Source: Terracidiphilus sp. (GTDB taxonomy: Bacteria > Acidobacteriota > Terriglobia > Terriglobales > Acidobacteriaceae). From it: 57,598 nt of DNA. This document shows, piece by piece, positions 37,651-48,630 of this stretch. The stretch covers positions 1 to 57,598 of the forward strand of contig JBEKFS010000002.1 of assembly GCA_050013195.1 (NCBI GenBank), in the 5' to 3' direction. The translations under genes were made by a program, and so were the position numbers. How positions within the stretch are numbered: the first letter of the stretch is position 1; every line of letters begins with the position of its first letter. The notes under the pieces are model-generated. The model did not search any database and was not told where the DNA came from. It saw only the letters and a program-made list of their open reading frames with translations.

Positions 37651-40560
37651 CTAGGGACGCGGCGCTGTAGATTGTTCACCACGCGCAGCATCATTCTGCC
37701 CCGCGCTGAGTAGATTGGCCAGCAACCGGTAAGCACCCGGCACTAACTCCGGAAGCTGGCGATAGAGCGCGTAGGCAACATAGATATACGTTCCTTTGCC
37801 GGGATGCGCCACTAGCAAACCGCCTCGTTGCGCATCCTGGCCGGGATCCGCAGTCTCGGTCAGCGCAGTGTAGTGCTCGTCCCAGCTATCCAGAAAAGAG
37901 TGGCCGCGCTCCTCAACCCATCCGTCGAAGTCCGCATCGCCGATAGTGTTGGGCCAGCGAAGCAATGTATTTTCAGGCTCCAGCAGTTTCACCGGAGCTG
38001 CCTCATCCACTACGCGCTCTGCCATACGACTCATCGACAGTGGAAACGGCGCGGGGAAGTTGCCGGTCTGGTATTGGACAATCAGCGTCCCTCCGCGGCG
38101 TACATACTCATCGAGCCTCGGTTGTGCAGCAGTTAATTCAGGGCGCGTTGAGTAGGCTCGTATACCGATGACGATCACGTTCCAGGCGGAGAGATCGCTT
38201 GAAATCAGTTCCGAGGCGGTAAGCAGGTGCACCGCGCCGCCCAATCCTTCGATAGCCTCGGGAACCAGATCGCCAGTCCCCATCACATAGCCGACGCGCA
38301 GCCCGGCGGCGAGCTTCACGTCCACCTTGCGCGTCTTCAACTCAGCGAGCTTGTATTGGTTGTAGGGCCGCAGACCGGGGTAGCCAATGCTCCGCCAACC
38401 GGTTTTGTAATCGCTCCCGCTGGAGTGCACTATGGCTTGAATGTTGTACGCGCCTGTCTCAGCGTTGATTGGTGTGATGGAAAAGAGCAATGGCTCGGTG
38501 TCGCCCGCGCCGTCGCGATGAAACTTAGCCTCCACCGGTTGAGAAGTCCATCCTGCCGGCAACTCCAACGTGACCGTTCCTTCGGCTGCCGCCTGCGTAT
38601 GAACCATCACTCGCACCAGCAGTGCTGAGCCATCCAGTGGCAGAATGCGCGCCTCTGTCTCCATGCGCACGCCGATAGCCGGCGTCACCACCAGCGGCTC
38701 GTAGACGCCGCCTACACCGGGAATGCGTTGCAACGTCTGGACGACCTGGCCGATGCGAATCGGCAGACCGTCAAAGGTGAACTCTGCCCACGCCGCCAGC
38801 GGGTAAGGCGCAAAGGAGCGCAAGCGCCACTCCGGTTTCGTCAGATCATAGTAAGGCTGTTCAATCGAGGGCCTGCTGAAGTACGGCTGCGTCGGCTCGG
38901 CGTTTTCCGCCACTTGCAAGCGAAAAATTGGATCGTTGACGAGCGCCGTAGAGTTAAAAGCACCGTTCACGTTCTCCGCCTTCCACACGTTGCCGGTACG
39001 GCTCTCCAGCCAGACGCTTTTGAGCTGTGTCTCCGATGTGGCTTGCGCGGCGTGGACACGCACCATAAATTTCTCGCCAGGAGTCACACTCTGCGGCGTT
39101 TCATCGGCCGAGCCGCCACGGAATGGCCCGCCTTCCTGTGCGCTGGCGGAGTTCGTTCGGAAGGCGATCATGTCCAGCCCGAGCAATTCCTTGAATGCGG
39201 CTTGAAACTCGTTGATCTTGGCATCGAGTTCGACAAGAAGACTGGTTATAGCCTTCCCATCAAGGCTGCTCTCTTCCACCGCGGTACGAAATTCGAGTAA
39301 TTGATGATAAATGGGCGCGAGTTCGTGCGCAACTGGGAAGCTTGCGCCGCACGGACATTTCGATTCGACTTGCTGAATCGAAGCGTCAATCTGGCGGAGA
39401 GTTTCAGCCAAGTCATCGGGCACGTCTGGCCGTCCCACGAGGCGAGCGATTCCGGAGACGCTAGTGTCAATATTCACCTTGCTGTTATGGAAGAGATCGT
39501 CGTTGCTTGAAGTCGTCCCCGGCTTCGCCGTCTCCTCCGGAGCCACAGCCCAGAGGTGATAGCTTGACGCCGACTTGCCGATGAGCGTGGGGTTTGCGCC
39601 GCCGTTCTGTGACTTTTGCTCGCCCCAGCCCTGTCGTGCAATCTGCTCATAACTGAGACCCAACTCAGGGTCAAGTCCGCCAACCTGGACCGTCACGTCA
39701 GTCGATGGCGCGCCCTCAATCCACTCGCCGGTCACGTAATTTTTGAAGCGGGCAGGAGCCCACTTACCGGTGGCGTAGTCGAACATTTTTCCGTCTTCGA
39801 TACGCGCAAAGGGCGTCCTCGAGTAAACAGCCATCGGCTGCCAGGGCTGCAGGCCGTCTTTGAGCTGCTCAGGAAAAACCGTCGGGTCGCCGGCCGCCTT
39901 GAAGACCTCCTGCGCAATCTCGCCGGAGACCTGGTGGTGCCCATGGCCGTCGGTAATCCCGCCCACAAAAGTTGACATGATTACCTGCGGCCGTTCCCGC
40001 CTGACAGCCAGCACAGCGTCGTAGAGGACGCGGTCGTGACCCCATTTGGCGAAGGATTCCTCTTGCGTCTTGGAGAAGCCGAAATCAGCCTCCGTGCCCC
40101 AGAGCTGTTTTGCACCGTAATATTCGCTGGCCTTCAATAGTTCGTTGGTGCGGATCAGGCCTAGCGCGTCATAGCTCTCCCCGCCCATAGCGTTCTGGCC
40201 TCCCTCGCCGCGGGTGAGCGTTAGCGTCATCACACGCGCGCCCATTCCGCGCGATAGGTAAGTTAGCAGCGCGCCGTCCTCGTCGTCGGGATGCGCCACG
40301 ATAATCATCAAGCTGGCGGTAGTCCCGAGGCGCTTCAGCGATTGTTCCAGAGCCGCAGCGCCGCGATCCTCCGGCAAGGGGAGAGCAATCTCACTGGCTT
40401 CGGCAAGTGGAATCTGCGCCAATTCGTGGCTCTGTGGCGCGGACTGCTGCTTGGGTTGCTGCACAGTCTCTTGCGCTGGCAGGCAAAGCGCCCTCGTCAG
40501 CATCAGCCCCGCCAGGGCAGCGCCTATTATTGCTCTTTGAAGTCTTTCGGCAATAATCAT
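37651..40560 (-). CDS. Secreted PIG-L/LmbE family deacetylase, multidomain
   Basis: AHPDDE, TRGEGGQN, DFGFSK and HGHHQ motifs; Ig-like LPAGW domain; C-terminal GATase-like domain; start placed at ATG 40560. Confidence 0.9.
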   Translation of the reverse strand: MIIAERLQRAIIGAALAGLMLTRALCLPAQETVQQPKQQSAPQSHELAQIPLAEASEIALPLPEDRGAAALEQSLKRLGTTASLMIIVAHPDDEDGALLTYLSRGMGARVMTLTLTRGEGGQNAMGGESYDALGLIRTNELLKASEYYGAKQLWGTEADFGFSKTQEESFAKWGHDRVLYDAVLAVRRERPQVIMSTFVGGITDGHGHHQVSGEIAQEVFKAAGDPTVFPEQLKDGLQPWQPMAVYSRTPFARIEDGKMFDYATGKWAPARFKNYVTGEWIEGAPSTDVTVQVGGLDPELGLSYEQIARQGWGEQKSQNGGANPTLIGKSASSYHLWAVAPEETAKPGTTSSNDDLFHNSKVNIDTSVSGIARLVGRPDVPDDLAETLRQIDASIQQVESKCPCGASFPVAHELAPIYHQLLEFRTAVEESSLDGKAITSLLVELDAKINEFQAAFKELLGLDMIAFRTNSASAQEGGPFRGGSADETPQSVTPGEKFMVRVHAAQATSETQLKSVWLESRTGNVWKAENVNGAFNSTALVNDPIFRLQVAENAEPTQPYFSRPSIEQPYYDLTKPEWRLRSFAPYPLAAWAEFTFDGLPIRIGQVVQTLQRIPGVGGVYEPLVVTPAIGVRMETEARILPLDGSALLVRVMVHTQAAAEGTVTLELPAGWTSQPVEAKFHRDGAGDTEPLLFSITPINAETGAYNIQAIVHSSGSDYKTGWRSIGYPGLRPYNQYKLAELKTRKVDVKLAAGLRVGYVMGTGDLVPEAIEGLGGAVHLLTASELISSDLSAWNVIVIGIRAYSTRPELTAAQPRLDEYVRRGGTLIVQYQTGNFPAPFPLSMSRMAERVVDEAAPVKLLEPENTLLRWPNTIGDADFDGWVEERGHSFLDSWDEHYTALTETADPGQDAQRGGLLVAHPGKGTYIYVAYALYRQLPELVPGAYRLLANLLSAGQNDAARGEQSTAPRP

Positions 40561-40600
40561 ACTTCCAGTCAGTGTACAATCCGGGGAGCGAAAGGGCCTT

Positions 40601-41998
40601 ATGAATCTGCCCTCATCCATCCCGGCTGCCACTCTCCAGCGCCGCATCGGCCTGAGATCGGCCGTGGCTTTCAACATGCTGGAGATGATTGGCGTTGGCC
40701 CCTTCATCGCGCTCCCGCTGGTCATCGCCGCGGCGGGCTACCGGCTCTCGGTGTGGGCCTGGGTGCTGGGTGCGGCCATCGCCGTCGCCGACGGCCTGGT
40801 ATGGGCAGAGCTGGGCGCTGCCTTTCCCAGGGCCGGCGGATCTTATGCTTTTTTGCGCGAGATCTACGGCCCCCAGCGCGCCGGCAACTGGCTCAGCTTC
40901 GTCTATGTGTGGCAGGTCAGCTTCACCGCACCGTTGGCCATCGCCTCCGGCTGCATTGGCCTCTCCAGCTTCCTTGCCTGGTTCTGGCCAACGCTGGATC
41001 GCGCCCCCATTGCCGCCCTGTCCACGCTCCACTTCACCAACTTTGCCGCTGCCGCCGCCTGCCTGCTGGTCACAGGGCTACTCTATCGCAATCTCAGCGC
41101 CATAACGCGGCTGGCATGGCTGCTTTTTGCCGGTGTGATGGCGGCTATTGCCGGGGTTATCGTCTCCGGCTTTGCACACGACTGGCAGATGCCCGCCTCG
41201 TCCGCGTTATCTCTCCCCGCGGCACTCGGTGGTTTGGCGCAAGCCACGCTACTGACTACTTATTGTTATTGGGGCTACTACAACATCTGCTTCCTGGGCG
41301 GAGAGGTACGCCGGCCCGAGCGGACCATTCCCCGTGCCATTCTGCTCTCTCTGCTTTTCGTCGCCGCGTTTTACGTTGCCATGAACATGGCCGCGCTGCC
41401 TTCCATGCGCGACGCCGCCTCGCACGTCTCCGCCGGGGCAACTATCCGCCTGCAACTGGTAGCCGACATTGCCCGGTCCGCTTTTGGCAACGTCGCCGGC
41501 CGCCTGATGGCCGCGCTCATCATCTGGACCGCTTTCGCCTCGATCTTCTCACTGCAACTGGGCTACTCCCGCGTGCCCTACGCCGCAGCCAGGGACGGCA
41601 ACTACTTCCAGTATCTTGCTGCCCTCCATCCGCGCCACAACATTCCCCACCGCTCGTTGGTCGCCCTCGGCCTGGTCGCCGCATTATTCTGTTTCTTTTC
41701 CCTGACTCAGGTCATCACTATGCTGGTTATTACCCGCATCCTGCTACAGTTTTTCCTGCAACACGTGGGCGTAATCCTGCTCCGCATCCAGCGGCCTGAA
41801 CTCGAGCGGCCATTCCGTATGCCGCTCTACCCGTTGCCTCCTCTGGTGGCCATAGGCGGCTTCGTCTTCATGCTGGTTAACCGTAATCACGCCGTCGGTG
41901 GCTTGGCCGTCGCCGCAGGAATTGCCCTCTCCGGCACACTGATCTACTTCATCCGCGCCCGCCGCCTGGGCCAATGGCCATTCGCATTCAGCAAGTAA
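40601..41998 (+). CDS. APC family amino acid permease
   Basis: MIGVGPF, AELGAAFP.AGGSY, GGEVRRPERTIPR, SRVPYAAARDG and RPFR motifs. Confidence 0.93.
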   Translation: MNLPSSIPAATLQRRIGLRSAVAFNMLEMIGVGPFIALPLVIAAAGYRLSVWAWVLGAAIAVADGLVWAELGAAFPRAGGSYAFLREIYGPQRAGNWLSFVYVWQVSFTAPLAIASGCIGLSSFLAWFWPTLDRAPIAALSTLHFTNFAAAAACLLVTGLLYRNLSAITRLAWLLFAGVMAAIAGVIVSGFAHDWQMPASSALSLPAALGGLAQATLLTTYCYWGYYNICFLGGEVRRPERTIPRAILLSLLFVAAFYVAMNMAALPSMRDAASHVSAGATIRLQLVADIARSAFGNVAGRLMAALIIWTAFASIFSLQLGYSRVPYAAARDGNYFQYLAALHPRHNIPHRSLVALGLVAALFCFFSLTQVITMLVITRILLQFFLQHVGVILLRIQRPELERPFRMPLYPLPPLVAIGGFVFMLVNRNHAVGGLAVAAGIALSGTLIYFIRARRLGQWPFAFSK

Positions 41999-42088
41999 GC
42001 CCACAAAATTTCTCATAATCCTGCGACTCCCACCCTATTTATCCCATCCAATGACTGTAATCAGCACTTCACCGTGCGAGGTCACCCC

Positions 42089-43072
42089 ATGCTCATCGCT
42101 AAGCCGCACGACATCCCCTCTTCGGAGATCACGCCGCAAGACCGATACCTCAATCGCCGCCGCTTCATGCGATCTGCTCTCTCCACTTCTATTGCCGCTG
42201 GCACAGCCGTGCTCGGCGCCGGTCGCCTCGCCGAAATCCTCTCCCCTTCCAACTCCGTGCTGGCCGACACAAAGCTGGAAACCGTGCCAAGCCCTCTTAC
42301 CACCACCGGCGAGCAACTCACCAGCTTGGAGGATATAACCCACTACAACAACTTCTACGAGTTTGGCGTGGACAAGGATCAGCCCGCAAAAAACGCAGGC
42401 TCGCTGCCCATCCGCCCATGGACAGTGCGCGTAGAAGGCAAGGTAAAGCAGCCTAAGACCTTCGACATCGACGACCTGCTCAAGCTGCGCCCGCTTGAAG
42501 ACCGCGTCTATCGGCATCGCTGCGTGGAGGCCTGGAGCATGGTCATTCCCTGGGTCGGCTACTCGCTCTCTGAGTTCATCCACCAATGCGACCCACTGCC
42601 CAGCGCAAAATACGTTCAGTTCCTCTCTTACTACGACAAGAGGGTCGAGAAGTGGAGTTCGGAGAGCTCCATCTTCTGGCCTTACTCCGAGGGGCTGCGC
42701 ATGGACGAGGCCATGAATCCGCTCACCCTGCTCACATTTGGCCTTTACGGCGAAGTGCTGCCCAACCAGGACGGCGCGCCTGTGCGCATCGTGGTGCCGT
42801 GGAAGTACGGCTTCAAGTCCGCGAAATCCATCGTCGCTGTGCGCTTCCTCGACAAGCAGCCGCCCACCACCTGGAACGATCAGGGGCCTAACGAATACGG
42901 CTTCTACTCCAATGTCAATCCTAATGTTGACCATCCCCGCTGGAGCCAGAGGACCGAGCGCCGCATCGGCCTGCCCTTCTACGCCCAGCGCCGCACCACG
43001 CTCCTTTTCAACGGCTACGGCGACCAGGTCGCCTCGCTTTACAACGGCATGGACCTGCGCAAGAATTTCTGA
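42089..43072 (+). CDS. msrP: Methionine sulfoxide reductase catalytic molybdoenzyme MsrP
   Basis: SEITP, Tat motif [31 protein letters not shown] and HPRWSQ. Confidence 0.97.
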   Translation: MLIAKPHDIPSSEITPQDRYLNRRRFMRSALSTSIAAGTAVLGAGRLAEILSPSNSVLADTKLETVPSPLTTTGEQLTSLEDITHYNNFYEFGVDKDQPAKNAGSLPIRPWTVRVEGKVKQPKTFDIDDLLKLRPLEDRVYRHRCVEAWSMVIPWVGYSLSEFIHQCDPLPSAKYVQFLSYYDKRVEKWSSESSIFWPYSEGLRMDEAMNPLTLLTFGLYGEVLPNQDGAPVRIVVPWKYGFKSAKSIVAVRFLDKQPPTTWNDQGPNEYGFYSNVNPNVDHPRWSQRTERRIGLPFYAQRRTTLLFNGYGDQVASLYNGMDLRKNF

Positions 43073-43153
43073 TGCGGAGTTAGTAACTGCCTCGTTAACC
43101 CCGCTAACTCATGCGCTGCGCGTCCTACAACGCTAATGCACTCATAGAAGACC

Positions 43154-43771
43154 ATGAAAAGATCGACCGTTATCGCACTCAAGACTCTCGTCTGGCTGGC
43201 CTGTCTTTGGCCGCTGGGCCGTCTCCTCTGGGGCGCCGTAACTAACAACCTCGGCGCGGACCCAACGGCCACCATCACCTTTGCAACCGGCCTTGCCACG
43301 CTGCGCATCCTCACCATCTCGCTTGCCATTACACCAGTGCGCCGACTCTCGCCGCGCCTAGGATGGCTAATCAAGTTCCGACGCCTGCTGGGTCTTTTCG
43401 CCTTTTTCTATGCGTCGCTGCATCTGCTGACGTACATCGCTCTCTACGCCAGCTTTGACATCAACTCAATGGCCGCTGACATCGCCAAGCGCCGCTATAT
43501 AACCGCCGGTGTGGCTGCGTGGCTGCTGCTGCTGCCGCTGGCCGTGACCTCGACCAACTGGGCCATCCGCAAGCTGGGAGGCAAGCGCTGGAACCGACTG
43601 CACAAGCTGGTGTATGCCGCCGCTGTTTGTGGAGTGATTCACTACTGGTGGCAGGTCAAGCCCGGCGTGCGCTCACCGCTCACAATTACGATTGTGCTGG
43701 CTATGTTGCTGATCGCTCGCCTCGTGTATAGTTGGATGCAACAGCGCAAGGCGCACGCGTGCACAGTCTGA
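43154..43771 (+). CDS. msrQ: MsrQ heme-binding membrane subunit
   Basis: LGADP, RRLLGLFAFFY..LH and WNRLHKLVY motifs. Confidence 0.95.
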   Translation: MKRSTVIALKTLVWLACLWPLGRLLWGAVTNNLGADPTATITFATGLATLRILTISLAITPVRRLSPRLGWLIKFRRLLGLFAFFYASLHLLTYIALYASFDINSMAADIAKRRYITAGVAAWLLLLPLAVTSTNWAIRKLGGKRWNRLHKLVYAAAVCGVIHYWWQVKPGVRSPLTITIVLAMLLIARLVYSWMQQRKAHACTV

Positions 43772-43781
43772 GAACATCTCA

Positions 43782-44411
43782 CTAATCAAATCGCAGCAGC
43801 ATCTGTGTGACCGGGCGATAAGTCTTCCTGTGCAGCGGTGTCGGCCCCAGCCGTTCAAGCGCCGCTATGTGCTCCGGCGAGCCGTAACCCTTGTGCCGCA
43901 CCAGACCATAGCCGGGATACTCTCTGTCCAATTCCACCAGCAACCTGTCGCGATAAACCTTCGCTAGCACGCTCGCCGCGGCGATTGAAAAACTTGTCCC
44001 GTCACCATGAACTACGGCACTCTGCTCGCAATCCCAGTCAATCGTGTCGCAGCCATCAATCAGCAGAAAATCGGGGCCGGGGGCCAACTGCTCCACGGCG
44101 CAGCGCATGGCTAGCAACGATGCACGGCGGATGTTGATGCGGTCGATGGTCTCCGCGCCTACCTCGGCGATGGCAAAGGCGACAGCATTCAAGCGAATTG
44201 CCGCGTCAAGTTCAATACGTTTTTTTTCGGTTAACTTCTTCGAGTCGGTCAGGCCTTGCAGACGGCAGCCTCTGGGAAGAATGACTGCGGCCGCGACGAC
44301 CGGCCCAAAGAGCGGCCCGCGCCCAGCCTCGTCCACCCCGGCAATGCGAAGCGCCCCTCGCCCGCGCGCAGCCTCTTCCAGCGACCATCCGCAAACCGGA
44401 GTTTTGACCAT
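43782..44411 (-). CDS. rnhB: Ribonuclease HII
   Basis: GVDEAGRGPLFGPV, DSKKL, IAAASVLAK and HKGY motifs. Confidence 0.96.
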   Translation of the reverse strand: MVKTPVCGWSLEEAARGRGALRIAGVDEAGRGPLFGPVVAAAVILPRGCRLQGLTDSKKLTEKKRIELDAAIRLNAVAFAIAEVGAETIDRINIRRASLLAMRCAVEQLAPGPDFLLIDGCDTIDWDCEQSAVVHGDGTSFSIAAASVLAKVYRDRLLVELDREYPGYGLVRHKGYGSPEHIAALERLGPTPLHRKTYRPVTQMLLRFD

Positions 44412-44544
44412 GATTTCAGTATAGAAAGAGGACCAGAAGTCTCCACTCTGTCGTCGCTCAAAAGGCCCTAAATATCGCCACAAAAGCAAACTGGCCGAAA
44501 CATCTGTTCCGGCCGGTTTACCCTGTTTTAATTTGGTTGCCAGT

Positions 44545-47500
44545 TTAAAAGTCAATGCGCAAGCCAAATTGCATGCGGCGGTAGGTGCTCAGCGTGCCAC
44601 CATAATTGCCGAAGGTGCCCTGGGTCAGATTGCCGTTTAGGTTGAACGGGCTGCAGTCGAAGCGGACGTCGTTGCCCACATTGTAAACTTCGCCGGCAAA
44701 CTTCACCTTGACGTTGTTGGGCAGGTTCCAGGTTTTTGCCAGCGAGGAGTCGATGTCAAAGTAGCCGTCACCGCGGAATTCATTACGCTGGCCTGCTTCT
44801 CCGGGATAGGGCAGGCGAATCGGCGTGCCGTTGTAAACGCCGTTGTTGATGGTGTTGGCCGTGTTCCCGGCAAAGACCTGCGGAACGCCGTTGAGGATAT
44901 GGCGCTGAATCTTGACGGGAGCCGTTACGACCCCCATACCCTCCAGTTGCCAGTTGGTGGTAAAGCCGGGTTCAAAGACGGAGAAAGGGAGTCCGCTGGC
45001 CCAGCGGCTCAGGCCCGACCACTGCCAGTTGCCGAGCACGGCGTCGACCACGCGGTTTGAGTTGCCCAGCAGTACCTTGCCGTGACCAACGGGAAGCGCA
45101 TATACCCAGTTGAAGGTGATTAGATGGCGCGTGTCAAAGTCGGAGACGCCCTTGTTGAGCTTGGGCTTCCAACTGTTCTGGATTCCCTCGTCGCCAAACG
45201 CGTCGTTGAGGTTGAACTCGTTTGATCGCTCCGCTCCCGAACCCATGTCGAGGGACTTGGAGAAGGTGTAGTTGAGGGTAGTGGTCAACCCATGGCCGGA
45301 GGGATGGCGCAAAGTGACCTGAAGGGCGTTGTAGGAGCTGGTGCCGATTGAGGACCACGCATAGAGCGAGGAAAATTGGCTTGACCAGAACTGAGTTCCG
45401 TTCGGGCATCCGTAGTAGCAGTAGAAATCCAGATCTGCCAGCGAGGTAGTTTCGCCGTAGTCGTAGCGGTAGTAGGCCCACTCGTTGTTGTAGATGGCTT
45501 GTGTCGCACTCTCACCAGCGTAATCCCAACCTTTCATTTGAGGAAAGATATCCTCAAAGTACTTGATCGTAGGCACATTCGGCACCGTGCAAGGACTCGA
45601 TGAATAGGGGGTGCACCCACCGTTTTGGTCGGAGATCTTGGAGAGCGCTGCGCCAGCAGTGAAATAATCTCCGCCGCCCTTGGAGTCAACCAGATCGACG
45701 GGCTCTGCCAGATCGAGTTGTTGCAATAGATGACGACCAAGGCGGCCCACGTAATTCACCTCCAGGCCAAAGCCTCCGGGAAGCTCTCGTTGCACTGAGA
45801 GATCCAGGGAGTAGGAGTAGGGCGTCTTGAGCTGGTTGTCGATGCCCCAGGTGATGGCGAAGTCGCACCCTGGTGTGGTGGAAGGCGTAAAGGGATAGGT
45901 GATGGTGGAAGCCGGATTGGGGCAGCCGGCCAGCGGCGGAATTACATGCGGGCCGGTAAAGCGGGGCGCAGTCTCAACGGATGTGGCGCCGGCCGGGCTG
46001 ACTACCGTGTTGCTCAGGCCAAAGGAGCCTTGCTGATCGAAGGAGTTCACGATGCCCTGGCCAAAGTGATCGAAATACATGCCTGCGCCGGCACGGAAAG
46101 AGGTCTTGGAATTGAGCGCGTAGACAACGGAAAGGCGCGGAGCCAGGTTGTCCTTCTGCTTGGCCCAGTATCCGGGACGCCCGTTGGCTTTGCCGCTGGG
46201 CGTGAATTCGAGGTTGGGCTCATAGACTTGGCCCTGAGCAGCCTCCGATCCGCGCTTGAGGAACCAGGCATGTGTATCGACGGTGGGCGCAATCTGCTGG
46301 CCCTTGGTCTCATAGGGAGCTTGGAGAATGGAGTGGCGCATTCCGTAGGTGACTGTCAGCTTGGGCGTAATGCGCCAGGAGTCCTGAAGATAGTACTCGA
46401 ACTCGTTAGCCTTGAAATGACGGTTGATAAAAGCGCCGTCGGTAAACAACGTTCCACTGGTGGGGCTAGTGACCGAATAGTTGTATTGCTGGTAGGTCTG
46501 CGGCACCGTTCCCACCAGGGTGTCATAGGCGATCTCGTAGGAATTTGCAAACCCGCCTCCCATGTCAGCTGGGGCGCTAGGGGAGTCGGACATCCAATAG
46601 GGGTTGGTGCTGGCACTCGAGTAGGAATTCGCGTCGCTGCCGCGATTGTTCTCGATGCTGCGCCAGTTGCCGCCCAGACTTACCGTATGGGTGCCCTTTG
46701 TCCAGTTGAAGTTGTCGATTATGTTGTGCACCGGCACGTTCACCACGATAGAGCGGGTCTGCCATGCGGTGGGCTGGGAGAGGAAGCGGAAGGCGACCCA
46801 GTCGCCCGTTCCTGAACCGACACCACGGGTCGAGTATCCCTGGCGGATGAAGCCATAACGAAGATCATTGACGGTCTTGGAGGTGGGGGACCAGGTATAG
46901 CCCGCGGCCAGGCCCTTGGTGTTGTCCTCATGCCATGAGGCGGCGGGCTGGCCGGGCAGGTTTTCCGTCCCCGCCTGGGTATCCTTCTGCAGATTGCCGC
47001 GGAAGAAGATGTGCTGCTTGTTGTTAATGGCATAGTCGATCTTGGCTATGCTGGTGTTGAGCGAGGAGGGATACGGAGAGGCAAAGATATAGCCGGCGTT
47101 GTTGATGCCGTCGCCTACCGTGGGCGCGGTTCCATAGAAACCCTTGGCCGCAAGCGGGTTATAGTAGGCCTTCACGTTGGGGTTCACGCCGCAAGGGATG
47201 TTAGTGCTGCAACCGGCGTCAAGATTGCCAACTTCGGTAGAGGTCAGCCAGTGCGTATTGCCGCTGTTATCCTGGTAACCCAGTTCCCCATTATAAAACT
47301 CACTTGTGGGCAGCGTCTGGGTGACGATGCTGTCGATGGCCTTCCGCTGTCCCTCGTAGTTGAAGAAAAAGTAGAGCTTGTCTTTTTTGATGGGACCACC
47401 CTTGATGGGGCCACCCAGGGAACCGCCGAAGGTGTTCATGACGTACTTTTGCGGTCTGTTGGCCTCGCCGAGCAGGAGTTGTTGGTATTTGTTGAACCAG

Positions 47501-48330
47501 TTGTTGGCCACGGTGTTGGTTGGCCGATAGTACTCATAGAGCGCGCCATGGAAATTGTTTGTGCCGCTCTTGGTGACGATGGAGACCTGGGCGCCAGAGC
47601 TGCGGCCGGAGTCGGCAGTACCATTTGAGGTGGTGACGCGGAACTCCTGGGTGGAGTCCAGCGTGGCGCGCAGCACGCCGGTAAAGGCGGTGCCGGCGAT
47701 CTGGTCGTTGTTGTCCATGCCGTCCAGCGTGACGTCGCCCTGGTCTGAGCGGCCGCCGCTCACCGAGCCGCTGCGGCTGTCCATAACAGAGTTTTCTTCG
47801 GGATTGCCCAGGTAGAGCACACCGGGCTGGAGGGTGAGCAGCGAGACCGGGTCGCGCCCCTCCATGGGCAGCGACTCGATCGTCATGTTGCCCACCGAGA
47901 CGCCCAGCGTGGCATCGGTGGTGTTGAGCGTCTGGGCAGTATCACTCACATCAACGGTGACTACATTGGCCTGCAACGAGAGAGTAAAGTCGATGGTGGC
48001 CGGCTGGTTGACCAGCAATTCGGCCGTCTTGGTCTGGTTGCCGAAGCCGCCAGCCGAAACCGTGATGACGTAACGCGCGGGTGATATCTGCGCGAAGACA
48101 TAGAAGCCAATGCTGTTGGTTTCGGCGCTGAGCTTACTGTCGTTGGCTTTGTTCACGATGGTAATCGTCGCGCCCGGAACCAACGCTCCGGTTGGATCTT
48201 TGACCACTCCGCGAAGCGATGTGGTTGCGGTCTGCGCGGATGAGAGAACGGCGGCAATAAGGATGTAAAAAAACATGCATCCTAATAGAGATCGTTTCAC
48301 GTCGGTACCTCCAAAGGTTTTGCCTTGCAT
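44545..48330 (-). CDS. Oar-like TonB-dependent receptor with a carboxypeptidase-regulatory-like N-domain
   Basis: G.VKDPTGA.VPGA, TKSGTN.FHG, YLQDSWR and APRLS motifs; C-terminal RRMQFGLRIDF. Confidence 0.92.
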   Translation of the reverse strand: MQGKTFGGTDVKRSLLGCMFFYILIAAVLSSAQTATTSLRGVVKDPTGALVPGATITIVNKANDSKLSAETNSIGFYVFAQISPARYVITVSAGGFGNQTKTAELLVNQPATIDFTLSLQANVVTVDVSDTAQTLNTTDATLGVSVGNMTIESLPMEGRDPVSLLTLQPGVLYLGNPEENSVMDSRSGSVSGGRSDQGDVTLDGMDNNDQIAGTAFTGVLRATLDSTQEFRVTTSNGTADSGRSSGAQVSIVTKSGTNNFHGALYEYYRPTNTVANNWFNKYQQLLLGEANRPQKYVMNTFGGSLGGPIKGGPIKKDKLYFFFNYEGQRKAIDSIVTQTLPTSEFYNGELGYQDNSGNTHWLTSTEVGNLDAGCSTNIPCGVNPNVKAYYNPLAAKGFYGTAPTVGDGINNAGYIFASPYPSSLNTSIAKIDYAINNKQHIFFRGNLQKDTQAGTENLPGQPAASWHEDNTKGLAAGYTWSPTSKTVNDLRYGFIRQGYSTRGVGSGTGDWVAFRFLSQPTAWQTRSIVVNVPVHNIIDNFNWTKGTHTVSLGGNWRSIENNRGSDANSYSSASTNPYWMSDSPSAPADMGGGFANSYEIAYDTLVGTVPQTYQQYNYSVTSPTSGTLFTDGAFINRHFKANEFEYYLQDSWRITPKLTVTYGMRHSILQAPYETKGQQIAPTVDTHAWFLKRGSEAAQGQVYEPNLEFTPSGKANGRPGYWAKQKDNLAPRLSVVYALNSKTSFRAGAGMYFDHFGQGIVNSFDQQGSFGLSNTVVSPAGATSVETAPRFTGPHVIPPLAGCPNPASTITYPFTPSTTPGCDFAITWGIDNQLKTPYSYSLDLSVQRELPGGFGLEVNYVGRLGRHLLQQLDLAEPVDLVDSKGGGDYFTAGAALSKISDQNGGCTPYSSSPCTVPNVPTIKYFEDIFPQMKGWDYAGESATQAIYNNEWAYYRYDYGETTSLADLDFYCYYGCPNGTQFWSSQFSSLYAWSSIGTSSYNALQVTLRHPSGHGLTTTLNYTFSKSLDMGSGAERSNEFNLNDAFGDEGIQNSWKPKLNKGVSDFDTRHLITFNWVYALPVGHGKVLLGNSNRVVDAVLGNWQWSGLSRWASGLPFSVFEPGFTTNWQLEGMGVVTAPVKIQRHILNGVPQVFAGNTANTINNGVYNGTPIRLPYPGEAGQRNEFRGDGYFDIDSSLAKTWNLPNNVKVKFAGEVYNVGNDVRFDCSPFNLNGNLTQGTFGNYGGTLSTYRRMQFGLRIDF

Positions 48331-48630
48331 TTCTTGTGATGCCGATATTGATGGTTCATCCTTGATTTAGCAATGGGTGGATATGAGAAAGTTGCACATA
48401 TTCTGCCCGAAAACCTCTAAGGATTCAATAAAAAATTGCGGATTTATGAGAAAAAACGCCAAGAGGATGCCGCCTCTTGGCGCAGGCGAGGATCTTCGGC
48501 ATGGGATGCACGAGAAGCGGGATTCCTTTACGAAACCGTGATGAGCCGGTATACGCATCACTTCGCGCGTTGCCCTGCGCCTTGCCCGCCCACTGGAGTA
48601 ATCTGGTTGCTCAGGAGATTGTTGCCTAAG

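Noticed and set aside
43074-43112. GAGTTAG/CTAACTC stutter hairpins (also about 50553-50590) and ATGAGGA repeats at about 28775
   Set aside because: Short low-complexity intergenic hairpins; nothing supports a function beyond mRNA structure.
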